NCBI GenBank assembly: GCA_023246355.1
Contig: JAHFIQ010000001.1
Location: forward strand, 286,247-350,246
Origin: Candidatus Uhrbacteria bacterium
Lineage (GTDB): Bacteria > Patescibacteriota > Patescibacteriia > UBA9934 > GWF2-40-263
Direction: 5' to 3'
Length of the DNA: 64,000 nt
The notes beneath the pieces were generated by a model. That model was given only the letters and a program-made list of their open reading frames with translations. It was not told the DNA's origin and did no database searches. Positions 17,271 through 25,924 of the stretch are shown piece after piece. A program made the translations under genes and the position numbers. Position 1 is the first letter of the stretch; every line of letters begins with the position of its first letter.

Positions 17271-18407
17271 TTATTGTTTAATTGGCATAATGACATACCG
17301 ATACACGTCTGTGGCGTCTTTGGGGGTGAGAAGACACGGGTTTCCCCCATCAATCATCTCAAAAACCACCTGATCTGCGTTCATGGCTTGAAGACCATCC
17401 AAGAGATATCGATAGTTTACGGTGACGGCATTTCGCTGTCCAGCAACTTCAGCTGAGCAGTTGGTTGTATTATCACCCCGGGTCGCATCTGTAGCGCTCA
17501 CACAGAGTTGATTTTCACTTGGATCAAACAGAAGTGTTACATCATTGAGACCTGAGCGCGAGAACAGACTGGCGGTTTTTACGGCCTTCACAAAATCTTC
17601 CCGATCCAAAACAGTATGAGTTTGGAACTGAGAAGGCACAATGGCTTTGTAATCAGGATACGATTCATCAATGGTACGAGAAATGAGTTCGACCGGGCCG
17701 TAGACAAAAACCAGTTGCGAATGAGAGAGATGCATGGTCAGACTTGATGGGAGCTCTACGTCATCTTTGAAGATAGAAAGGATTCGATTCACCTCTTGCA
17801 AGGTCTTTGACGGAACGACGATGGTGAATGGTTCAGCAACCTTGGAGATAAGCGGGATTGTTTTCTCCGCAAGTCGATAGGAATCTGTTGCCGCCAGAGT
17901 GAGACGCCCTTCTGTCTCGTTGGTGAAAAAGGAAAAAGCGACCCCTGTGAGCTCTGGGCGAGATTCGTTGGTTGCCACGGCAAAAAGGACTTCTGAAAGG
18001 CTTCGCTTGAAATCCTCCACAGGAATTTGGAATGTCTGTTCTCCCTCGACACGGGGAACCAGAGGGAATTCTGAGGCACCAAGCCCATGAATTTTCGTTT
18101 TATGCGTTCCGCATTCCACACGAACTTGCCCATCCTGTACGTCGATACGAATTGTTTCGTTTGGAAGTAACGAAACATAGTCGAAAAATAATTTTGATGG
18201 AATCGTATACTCCCCTGCCTCTTCTACTTTTCCACGAACCGTACAATTAACAGCCATCTCAAGATTCGTTGAGGTAAACCGAATGGTTCCTCCCTCTGCC
18301 TTTACTAAGACATTTTGGAGAATAGGGAGGTTTACATTCTTGGTCATCAGATGACTTGTAAGAGCAAGTCCTTGATGGAGGTTATCTCGTGTACAGGAGA
18401 GCTTCAT
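17271..18407 (-). CDS. dnaN: DNA polymerase III beta sliding clamp
   Basis: 378 aa, MKLSCTRDNLHQGLALTSHLMTKNVNLPILQNVLV..., three-domain clamp, immediately downstream of dnaA. Confidence 0.95.
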   Translation of the reverse strand: MKLSCTRDNLHQGLALTSHLMTKNVNLPILQNVLVKAEGGTIRFTSTNLEMAVNCTVRGKVEEAGEYTIPSKLFFDYVSLLPNETIRIDVQDGQVRVECGTHKTKIHGLGASEFPLVPRVEGEQTFQIPVEDFKRSLSEVLFAVATNESRPELTGVAFSFFTNETEGRLTLAATDSYRLAEKTIPLISKVAEPFTIVVPSKTLQEVNRILSIFKDDVELPSSLTMHLSHSQLVFVYGPVELISRTIDESYPDYKAIVPSQFQTHTVLDREDFVKAVKTASLFSRSGLNDVTLLFDPSENQLCVSATDATRGDNTTNCSAEVAGQRNAVTVNYRYLLDGLQAMNADQVVFEMIDGGNPCLLTPKDATDVYRYVIMPIKQ

Positions 18408-18650
18408 AATTAGAAATGGGATTTAAGAAGAAGAAAATCAGAAGTGATAGTAAGGGCTGTGCATGGCGGGGATAAGTTAAATTTCGTTTTTGTTTCTGCC
18501 TTGATTCTTACGATCGTTTTGTGGATGGATGAGAGGATGAACCAAGGAGAGGACAGGGGAAGAATTTTTAAAGAAGGTTCCATCAAGTTTCATCCACATG
18601 TTTTTGCAGACGGTTATGAACTCGTCATCCACCCGTTTACAAGCTGTGGA
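18408..18650. promoter_or_regulatory. probable oriC: DnaA-box cluster in the dnaA-dnaN spacer
   Basis: DnaA-box-like 9-mers are TTGTGGATG (18529-18537), TCATCCACA (18590-18598), TCATCCACC (18626-18634) and TGTGGATTA (18646-18654). An AT-richer stretch lies at 18408-18470. This is the classical dnaA-dnaN position. Confidence 0.5.
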
Positions 18651-20048
18651 TTAGAGCGCGTATAACTTCTGCTTAATCAGTTCCAAATCATGTTGAAGCT
18701 TTTCATCTTCGAGCAAACAGCCACTAATTTTATCGTAGGCATGCATGGCCGTGGTGTGGTCGCGACCACCCAACTCTGACCCAATGGATGGATAACTCGA
18801 CTTCATTTCCTCCCGCATGAGGTACATGACAATCTGGCGTGGGAATGCCAGACGCTTTTGGCGGCTTTTTCCAAGGAGATCATCAAGGTGGACATCAAAG
18901 TAAAGGGCAACCGTATGGATGAGCTGTTTTGGGGTAACGCTTTTGCGACTAGAGATGGGTTGGAAACTGGTGAGGATGGGTTTGACGGTTTCAATGGAAG
19001 GCTTGGCGTTCTTAAACTGATGAAAGGCGATGATTTTGTTGAGCGCACCCTCAAGCTCTCGGACATTTGTCTGTACGACCGTTGCGACATGATGGAGGAT
19101 TTCACGCTCAAGCTGGTAGGCTTTTTCTCGGCACTTGGTTTCCAAAATCGCCACGCGTGTTTCAAAGTCAGGGGAACCAACATCTGCCAACATGCCGCAT
19201 TCAAATCGAGAAATAAGGCGGTCTTCCAGACCTGAAATGGCTTTTGGCGGTCGGTCAGAGGAAAGGACGATCTGTCGATTGTTCTGGTGGAGTTGATTGA
19301 ACGTGTGGAAAAATTCTTCCTGGGTTTCTTCTTTTCCACCTAGAAATTGAATGTCGTCGATTAACAGAACGTCCACGGTGCGGTAACGATTTTTGAATTC
19401 GACCATCCGGTTTGAGCGTAGGGCGCCAATAAAATCGTTTGTAAAGCGCTCGCTGGTCACGTAAAGGATTTTGAGCTGTGGGTTCTTGCGCAAGAGCTCG
19501 TTTCCAATCGCTTGAAGCAGGTGGGTTTTGCCCAGTCCTACCCCACCGTAAATGTAGAGCGGGTTGTAGACGCCGCCCGGTTGGTTTGAGACGGCTTGAG
19601 AAGCAGCGTGAGCGAGTTCATTTTGTTTTCCAACAATGAATGTTTCGAAACAATACTTCCCGTTTAATGAAAATTCACCGGTACGCACTTCTTGTTGCGG
19701 TTGCGGTTGGTGAGCGGGTTGAAAGTGGGTGTGCATTTCAGGGGTTGGTGCGCGAGTGATCTCTTTTTCAAAAAGAGGGATGTCACGAGGGGTTGTTGGT
19801 CTGTTTTCGACACGGTAACTAAGCTGTTTGATCACTCCGTTGCTGTGTTCCTGCAAGGATCGCATAATTTCACGGGCGTATTTTTTTTCAAGCCAGGCTT
19901 TGGTGAACATGTTTGGGACACCAATGATAACCGCATGTGAATCGACTTCTGAAATAAAAGTGCTTTTAAACCAAGTAGTAAAGTTTGCTTTACTTAAGCC
20001 CAATTCGAGCTCACCTAGCACAGCTTGCCAAAGGTCATTGGTGTTCAT
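18651..20048 (-). CDS. dnaA: chromosomal replication initiator protein DnaA
   Basis: 465 aa. AAA+ Walker A GGVGLGKTHLL, sensor/box motifs, and a C-terminal DNA-binding domain (...DHTTAMHAYDKI). Confidence 0.95.
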   Translation of the reverse strand: MNTNDLWQAVLGELELGLSKANFTTWFKSTFISEVDSHAVIIGVPNMFTKAWLEKKYAREIMRSLQEHSNGVIKQLSYRVENRPTTPRDIPLFEKEITRAPTPEMHTHFQPAHQPQPQQEVRTGEFSLNGKYCFETFIVGKQNELAHAASQAVSNQPGGVYNPLYIYGGVGLGKTHLLQAIGNELLRKNPQLKILYVTSERFTNDFIGALRSNRMVEFKNRYRTVDVLLIDDIQFLGGKEETQEEFFHTFNQLHQNNRQIVLSSDRPPKAISGLEDRLISRFECGMLADVGSPDFETRVAILETKCREKAYQLEREILHHVATVVQTNVRELEGALNKIIAFHQFKNAKPSIETVKPILTSFQPISSRKSVTPKQLIHTVALYFDVHLDDLLGKSRQKRLAFPRQIVMYLMREEMKSSYPSIGSELGGRDHTTAMHAYDKISGCLLEDEKLQHDLELIKQKLYAL

Positions 20049-20204
20049 AGATCAAAAGAGTGGTTCCTCCTAAAAGTTACGCTGCGCCTCAGTGTAGAAC
20101 AGTTGTGTATAAGTGAGCAAGCGGCTAAAAACTGTGCATAGCAGTTGATGGATTGTGGATACTATGTTAGTATCTCAGTACTCACATTTGACTTTAATTT
20201 TGGT
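20049..20204. promoter_or_regulatory. dnaA/rpmH divergent promoter region with DnaA boxes
   Basis: TGTGTATAA at 20104-20112 and TGTGGATAC at 20154-20162, each 1 mismatch from TGTGGATAA. Confidence 0.45.
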
Positions 20205-20354
20205 ATGCCAAAGCGAACGTATCAACCCAAAAAACGTCAGCGATCAAAAGTCCATGGCTTTCGGGCTCGCATGAAGAGTTCCACTGGACGAGATGTTCTC
20301 AAGCGACGTCGTGCTCGAGGACGCAAACGACTGACCGTCAAAACAAGCAAGTAG
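20205..20354 (+). CDS. rpmH: 50S ribosomal protein L34
   Basis: [49 protein letters not shown], a near-universal L34 sequence. ATG at 20205. Confidence 0.95.
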   Translation: MPKRTYQPKKRQRSKVHGFRARMKSSTGRDVLKRRRARGRKRLTVKTSK

Positions 20355-20363
20355 ACAAAGGCT

Positions 20364-20702
20364 ATGCTCCCAGAGCTCCACAGACTACGACACGAAAAAG
20401 ATATGAAAACGCTCTTTGCCCGTGGCAGGAGCGTTTTTGGGTCGCTGGTTGGTATGAAAATGTGTCCAAATGGTCTTCCTGTCTCACGATTTGCCGTGGT
20501 CGTTGGTGTGAAAACAGCCAAAAGCGCTGTTGATCGTAATCGGATCAAACGCCGTGTCCGCTCGATTGTTCAGACACATATTTCACGGGTGAAAGGCGGT
20601 TTTGATGTCTGTCTTTTGCCAAGAAAAGAGGCTTTAACAGCCAAACATAAAGACGTAGAAGCCTCTCTCATGGCTAGTTTCAAGAAAGGCAAGCTTTTAT
20701 GA
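20364..20702 (+). CDS. rnpA: ribonuclease P protein component
   Basis: 112 aa, LPELHRLRHEKDMKTLFARGRS...RNRIKRRVRSIV, a basic RnpA pattern, directly after rpmH. Confidence 0.9.
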   Translation: MLPELHRLRHEKDMKTLFARGRSVFGSLVGMKMCPNGLPVSRFAVVVGVKTAKSAVDRNRIKRRVRSIVQTHISRVKGGFDVCLLPRKEALTAKHKDVEASLMASFKKGKLL

Positions 20703-20950
20703 AATGGGTTTTGATGGGAATTATTCGTGGGTATCAAATGACCCTCTCTCCTGACCATGGGCTCATTAAACCCTTATTTCCTGAAGGTTTTTGCCGTTTT
20801 TATCCAAGTTGTTCGGAGTACGGGCATGATTCGATCGGCCGTTTCGGAGCTGGAAAAGGCCTGGTTCTCACGTTTTTGCGTATTTTGAGGTGCAATCCGT
20901 TCTCCTTGGGTGGTACAGACCCGGTTCCTACCAAAAAACACCAGGTTTAG
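20699..20950 (+). CDS. yidD: membrane protein insertion efficiency factor YidD
   Basis: 83 aa, YQMTLSPDHG...CRFYPSCSEYGHDSIGRFGAGKGLVLTFLRILRCNPFSLGGTDPVP, the canonical YidD sequence. Overlaps rnpA by 4 nt. Confidence 0.9.
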   Translation: MKWVLMGIIRGYQMTLSPDHGLIKPLFPEGFCRFYPSCSEYGHDSIGRFGAGKGLVLTFLRILRCNPFSLGGTDPVPTKKHQV

Positions 20951-21183
20951 TTGGTGTTTTTTACTATTTTTATCTGTTTGATCTTGGTTGTAAGACCTCT
21001 CACGACCTTGATCTGACTTTTCGCGATTTTTAGCTCCTGTGCAAGCAGTTCAATCACAGCTTTGTTCGCCTTTCCTTGTTCAGGGGCAGCTGTTACAGAG
21101 ATTTTTAGTGTATCCTCGTCGATCCATTCAACGGTATTTTTTCTAGCATGGGGTTTGACGTGGATTGTGAGGAACATACGCAT
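20947..21183 (-). CDS. DUF167 (YggU) family protein
   Basis: 78 aa, IHVKPHARKNTVEWIDEDTLKISVTAAPEQGKANKAVIELLAQELKIAKSQIKVVRGLTTKIK matches the UPF0235/YggU pattern. Confidence 0.7.
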   Translation of the reverse strand: MRMFLTIHVKPHARKNTVEWIDEDTLKISVTAAPEQGKANKAVIELLAQELKIAKSQIKVVRGLTTKIKQIKIVKNTN

Positions 21184-22473
21184 TTACTTTATCATGATTC
21201 CTCGCAGCAGCTCGATGACCTTGCGGTTTTTAAGGATCTGCTCCATGTAATCACGGTATTCAGGTGAGTAGACGCGTTCTTTTGTTTGCTTGTCTTCATG
21301 TTCTCCCGCGATCCGGTCGAGTTCTTCATCCAGTTCGCTGTCTTTGACCTCGATGTTTTCTTGTTTGGCGACCCCGCGGATGGCAATAGCCACCTTGATC
21401 CGCATCAGGGCTTGCGGAGTGAAATCAAGTTTTAATTCCGCAAGCGTCTTTTTCAAGTTCTTCACGTAGGTATCGAATTCGAGTCCTTGGGACTCAACCG
21501 AATGCTTGAGCTCGCCGATCATTTTATTGATTTCTTCATTTAAGAGTAGATCTGGAATTTCATCAAATTGAGATTTGTTTGCAAGAAGCTCAAGCATCTC
21601 TTTTTCTTCTTTGACGCGGGCCTCCTGTTGTTTTTCTGTGAGCAAATTCTTTTGAATCGCGGATTTCATCTCCTCAAACGTTTTCATGCCAAGTGACTGA
21701 GCAAATGTATCGTCCATGTTTGGAGGTTCAAGGCGGTACAACTCTTTTACGACCACATCAAATTCAACATCTTTTCCAGCCAAAAATTTTTGCGGATGCT
21801 CCGTTGGAAAAGGCAGGGTAAATGTTTTTTCCTCACCTTCTTTAAGTCCAATGAGTTCTTTTTTAAAGCCCGGGATGTAGTAATCTTCGGCTAAGTACAC
21901 CCCATGATTGGGTGACTGCCCACCTTCCACAGGAACGCCATCGCGCTTCATGTTCATGGAAATGACAACCTTGTCTTTGTCCCCTGCGACGTCTGTTTGG
22001 GGCGCACGGACTTCCTTGGTCTGCATGCGAGTCAGATCACGGATGGCAAGTTCAATTTCTTTTTCCGTGACTTCGGTTGTTTTTGCCGTGACAGAGAGTT
22101 TGTGAAAATCAGCGAGTGATTTAACCTCTGGCATGCGGGTGACAATCGCCGTGAAGACAATGTCATTTCCTGGTGCGAGCTTTTCTACGTCAATTTTTGG
22201 AGAACCAACCGTATCGAGATTTTGCGAGAGGATCGCGGCAACGTAAGACTTGCGCACCAGAGGCTCCAAGGCCTCTTCGAGGATTTTCATTTCCCCGACG
22301 CGCGCTTTCACAATTTCATACCCGGCATGACCAGGACGGAATCCGGCTATTTGCGTTTGTGTGGAAATGCGTTTGGCCGCTTCCTCAAGATACGGCCAGG
22401 CTTCTTCCTGAGTGATGGTGAACGTCAGTTTGATTTGGTTTTTTTCAAGCGACTCGGTTTTGATGTCAGGCAT
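21184..22473 (-). CDS. tig: trigger factor (ribosome-associated PPIase chaperone)
   Basis: 429 aa. N-terminal ribosome-binding region (GFRPGHAGYEIV is the GFRxGxxP signature), a central FKBP-like domain, and a C-terminal arm. Confidence 0.9.
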   Translation of the reverse strand: MPDIKTESLEKNQIKLTFTITQEEAWPYLEEAAKRISTQTQIAGFRPGHAGYEIVKARVGEMKILEEALEPLVRKSYVAAILSQNLDTVGSPKIDVEKLAPGNDIVFTAIVTRMPEVKSLADFHKLSVTAKTTEVTEKEIELAIRDLTRMQTKEVRAPQTDVAGDKDKVVISMNMKRDGVPVEGGQSPNHGVYLAEDYYIPGFKKELIGLKEGEEKTFTLPFPTEHPQKFLAGKDVEFDVVVKELYRLEPPNMDDTFAQSLGMKTFEEMKSAIQKNLLTEKQQEARVKEEKEMLELLANKSQFDEIPDLLLNEEINKMIGELKHSVESQGLEFDTYVKNLKKTLAELKLDFTPQALMRIKVAIAIRGVAKQENIEVKDSELDEELDRIAGEHEDKQTKERVYSPEYRDYMEQILKNRKVIELLRGIMIK

Positions 22474-22480
22474 AGGACAA

Positions 22481-22510
22481 GGTTTTAGGTTGTAGGGAGT
22501 AGGTTGTAGG
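22481..22510 (-). repeat. 30-nt purine-free (on mRNA) leader motif, copy 1: mRNA sense CCUACAACCUACUCCCUACAACCUAAAACC, 7 nt upstream of the tig AUG
   Basis: Plus strand GGTTTTAGGTTGTAGGGAGTAGGTTGTAGG. It contains the internal 11-mer direct repeat TAGGTTGTAGG twice. A second copy, identical except for one base, lies at 47394-47423. Confidence 0.6.
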
Positions 22511-22597
22511 TGAAAGCTTAAGAAAATCGTCAGGAGCTTAACGATTCAGATGAAAATTGTCAAAGGAAAATCCGAGCGAGTGGCTCGGATGCGTTGG

Positions 22598-23071
22598 CTA
22601 GTGGGCTTGGGCGTTCACGTGAGCTTCGCCGACTTCTCTTGCAATGTGGGCAGCGTAGGAAGCGACTTGTTGGCGCGAGGCGCCGAAGTGCTGCTGCAAG
22701 GCCGTAGAGATTTCATGCCAGTGAGGAGTCTTGGCAAGCCGGGGGTACCACTCATGGATGAACGCACGGCCTACCGTTTGGAAGGCGGTTCTGTCCATGG
22801 CGCTCACCTGAGCCTTGAGCTCGTTGAGCTGCGCTCTCTTGATCGAACGGCCTACCGGAAGCGGCACGACGCCTTTTCTGCGACGCGGTTTCGTTGTCAC
22901 CGCGTCTGCGGGCTCCGTGGTCGGCGCAGGGGATGCTTCAGCAGTTGACTGTGCGAGTTCGGAGATGATGGCTGTTTGCTCCGTTTCCAGAGCTTGAAGT
23001 CGAGCGATGAGACACACACGCTCTTGTCCGATGTTTTTCAGACGATCGAGCTGATCCTTTCGCGTAGGCAT
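22598..23071 (-). CDS. hypothetical protein (island gene 1; coiled-coil N-terminus, possible HTH C-terminus)
   Basis: 157 aa, no recognisable family. GC-rich codon usage. Confidence 0.5.
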   Translation of the reverse strand: MPTRKDQLDRLKNIGQERVCLIARLQALETEQTAIISELAQSTAEASPAPTTEPADAVTTKPRRRKGVVPLPVGRSIKRAQLNELKAQVSAMDRTAFQTVGRAFIHEWYPRLAKTPHWHEISTALQQHFGASRQQVASYAAHIAREVGEAHVNAQAH

Positions 23072-23088
23072 GGGGACTCCGTGAGTTC

Positions 23089-24123
23089 CTACCTTGGGAG
23101 GTAAGTTGAGACTCTGCCAGAGGGAGAGACAAATGTCAATGGACTGCGGCTGTAGAGCTGCCAGAGTTGTTCGGCGACCACGGTGATGGCGATAGGAGAA
23201 CTCAGTCTTCCCAAGGTGAGAATCCAGGTGGACATCCGATTGTTGCCGCCTGAGCGATAGAGCACTCGTTCAATCGTGAGCGGAAACAGTGGCGTCCGAC
23301 ATTCACTCAACAAGGGTCTGAGATGCGGTTCGTCAAAAAAACGGAACGATCTTTCTTTCGCAAGTGACTGGATGCGTGAAGCGGTCTGGTACATGTCTCC
23401 CAATATTTTTGAGAGATCACCATGGACAGCGACATCGAGTGCGCCGCTTCCCTCTGTCGGACTCGTGAAGAGGGTGAGGCCGATCAGCACCCGCCACAGG
23501 ATTCCGAAATCTCGACAGAACTGTGCGTGAGGAAGGACTTCTTCATGGGAGTTGCCGCGAAGGTAGGGACGCAGCTGATCGAACAGCCCATCAAGGCTTG
23601 TTCGCACACGTCCTTCCAAGATGGAATCAAAGGCGTTTGCAAACACGACTCCTGATTCGATGGATTCGGGATCCATTCCGGCAAAGGTGGTCATGCACAG
23701 GAGTCCTCCTCTGCTTCCCGGGAAGACACGGAAGAGTCGGATGATCTCGTCCGCGCAGGTATTCACCTGACCCTCGAAGTCAGCATTCGCGATCGAAAGT
23801 CTTGGTCCATCTGCGTGCGCGTGGTGATCGATCCACTGTGCCAGGGTTCCGTGGAAGATATGTCTGTCGCCAGACATTTTTTCGATGATCTTTTGGTGGC
23901 GTTCCACTGGATGAGTGATGACGCGGCGTTCAAGATAACGCGGACCTTCCAGATCCTGGACGCCTGGAAAGTAGACAACGTGTAGCGGTTCGCGATGTCT
24001 GCCTATGAGCATTCGGTCGATCGCGGCAAAATACCACGACCGAACCCAGTTCTTGGCTGGATTGTCGTAGTCTTGCACGAATCCTCCGATCCCAGTTGGG
24101 ACAGAGGATTTCATCAGAATCAT
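23089..24123 (-). CDS. hypothetical protein (island gene 2)
   Basis: 344 aa ORF in the GC-rich segment. No motif I can name; His-rich stretch HGTLAQWIDHHAHADG. Confidence 0.5.
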   Translation of the reverse strand: MILMKSSVPTGIGGFVQDYDNPAKNWVRSWYFAAIDRMLIGRHREPLHVVYFPGVQDLEGPRYLERRVITHPVERHQKIIEKMSGDRHIFHGTLAQWIDHHAHADGPRLSIANADFEGQVNTCADEIIRLFRVFPGSRGGLLCMTTFAGMDPESIESGVVFANAFDSILEGRVRTSLDGLFDQLRPYLRGNSHEEVLPHAQFCRDFGILWRVLIGLTLFTSPTEGSGALDVAVHGDLSKILGDMYQTASRIQSLAKERSFRFFDEPHLRPLLSECRTPLFPLTIERVLYRSGGNNRMSTWILTLGRLSSPIAITVVAEQLWQLYSRSPLTFVSPSGRVSTYLPR

Positions 24124-24223
24124 GATAGAAAGTCAATTGTCTGTGCTTGACAGAGATGGTATGTTGCCCTAGGGTAGTCGGTCTTGCACGCGGTCGTGTA
24201 AGAACAACTTCAGGGAGGTTTCC

Positions 24224-25834
24224 ATGGGCAGTCGCAACCGTCGATTGTTGGACAGGCTCGGAAGGCAGGACGCATCGTTCAAGCTGGGAGATGCGCTCCC
24301 GAAAGCTGTGAAGGAGCAACTCGGCGTTGATCCAAAGGCACCAACAGGAAAGGTAACGCCCCCATCTTTGACGGTAGGGCATGCCGCTCGAGTCCTTTCG
24401 ATCATCGAACAGGGCGATCCGCGCATGTTGGCAGCTCACTTGCTTTCAGGCGACGTTGCTGTACACGACATTCCACCTCGACTCATGCAAGCCGTGCTTG
24501 GCTGCGTGAGGCGGCATCACAAGGCTGTCACCGATCGCGACGACGAAACGATTCGGCAGCAGCGCGAAGCCCTGGAAGCACTCAACAGAGCAGCACGTGA
24601 ACGCGACGAGTCTCGTGCTTCGACTGAGTCTGACGTTGCTCGTCAGCGCCGTACAGCGCAGGAGATGGGACGTCAAGTGGGCGATCTTCATCGCGATCTC
24701 GAGCAAGCACGTCTGAAGATTGGAGAGTTGGAGCAATCGTTGCGCACATCGCAATCCGAAGCCTCTGATCTCAGAGCAGACCTCGCAGCTGCAAAAGAAG
24801 AACAGCTCGGCGACACCGAGGGCGCGATTTTCCGCCGCTTTCTGGATCTCGTGAATGTGCAGGTGGCACAGTGGCTCACGGATCGAGAAGGGCTCTTTCG
24901 AAAAGCGGAGTCTCTGTGCTCACGTTTGGAAGAGAGGGCTGGTCAGGCCGACGATCTGCTGTTGGAAGTGAAAGCGTGTGTGGAGGATGCCGAGGCCGCA
25001 CAGGTGGAGAGAGTCTTTGAGGGAGATGAGAGAGATTGGATCGCCTTCATCGACAAGGTTGAGCAGATGCGAAGGTTCCTGAGTGAACACTCCGCGATCA
25101 TCCAGGAAGTTCAGCGTCTGAGTCAGCAACGATCTGAATGTACTGATGCCTACGAAGGGCTCGATCGCAAAGGCAAGGAACTTACATTCCAGATTCACTC
25201 CGTGGTCGAGGCCTTTTCCTTGATCGGCGTGGACATCTTCGCTCGCGCAGGGTTGAATCCAGATCTGCTTGATTCCCTGGGAGCATCCGATCGGGTGGTG
25301 AAGCTCATGATGCAGGCGATCCCTGCTCAAGAGTTGTCAGAGGATTGGACACAGCGTATAGAAGCGCTCCAATCGCACATCTTGGTGGCCAAGCCAAAGA
25401 GGGCAGGCAAGAAAGAGCCTGCGCCCGAGCCCGCCCAAGTTCAGTTCTTTCCAGGCAGGATCTTCATGGTCGAGCCTGAACGCGAAGTGGAGAGGCTCGT
25501 GGGGATTCTTCTTCACGAGTTGCATGCGGCTGGATTTACCAACGCGTTGTTTCCAGGTGAGATCGCCTTGCTTCTCATGCGCTCAGGTCTCACAAACCTT
25601 GCGCGTGAGCCAATGACTAGTGAGGTGACGGTGGCTTGCCAAGCGCTCATTGGTCGGGGGCTCATCAGTCGTCATCCACGTTTTATGGAGGACGTCCAGA
25701 TCACAGGAAAGGCATTTGCTGCGCGTGATGTCTTCACGGCTCAGTACGCTCGAGTCGAGTTGGCTCAAGTGGGAGGTCGGCATGGAGAGAAACTGTGCGA
25801 GAAGTTGAGGAGGGTCATCCCAACCAAGGCGTAA
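24224..25834 (+). CDS. hypothetical coiled-coil protein (island gene 3)
   Basis: 536 aa, a long E/R/Q-rich predicted coiled-coil centre (residues about 100-330), no Walker motif. Confidence 0.5.
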   Translation: MGSRNRRLLDRLGRQDASFKLGDALPKAVKEQLGVDPKAPTGKVTPPSLTVGHAARVLSIIEQGDPRMLAAHLLSGDVAVHDIPPRLMQAVLGCVRRHHKAVTDRDDETIRQQREALEALNRAARERDESRASTESDVARQRRTAQEMGRQVGDLHRDLEQARLKIGELEQSLRTSQSEASDLRADLAAAKEEQLGDTEGAIFRRFLDLVNVQVAQWLTDREGLFRKAESLCSRLEERAGQADDLLLEVKACVEDAEAAQVERVFEGDERDWIAFIDKVEQMRRFLSEHSAIIQEVQRLSQQRSECTDAYEGLDRKGKELTFQIHSVVEAFSLIGVDIFARAGLNPDLLDSLGASDRVVKLMMQAIPAQELSEDWTQRIEALQSHILVAKPKRAGKKEPAPEPAQVQFFPGRIFMVEPEREVERLVGILLHELHAAGFTNALFPGEIALLLMRSGLTNLAREPMTSEVTVACQALIGRGLISRHPRFMEDVQITGKAFAARDVFTAQYARVELAQVGGRHGEKLCEKLRRVIPTKA

Positions 25835-25924
25835 TACGAGTGGAAGGGTCACGCACACCCTTCCTTTTATTTTTGTGTCAAAAAGAAAAGTCGTCGAGTT
25901 TTCGTCGACGACCGTGCGTTGTTT

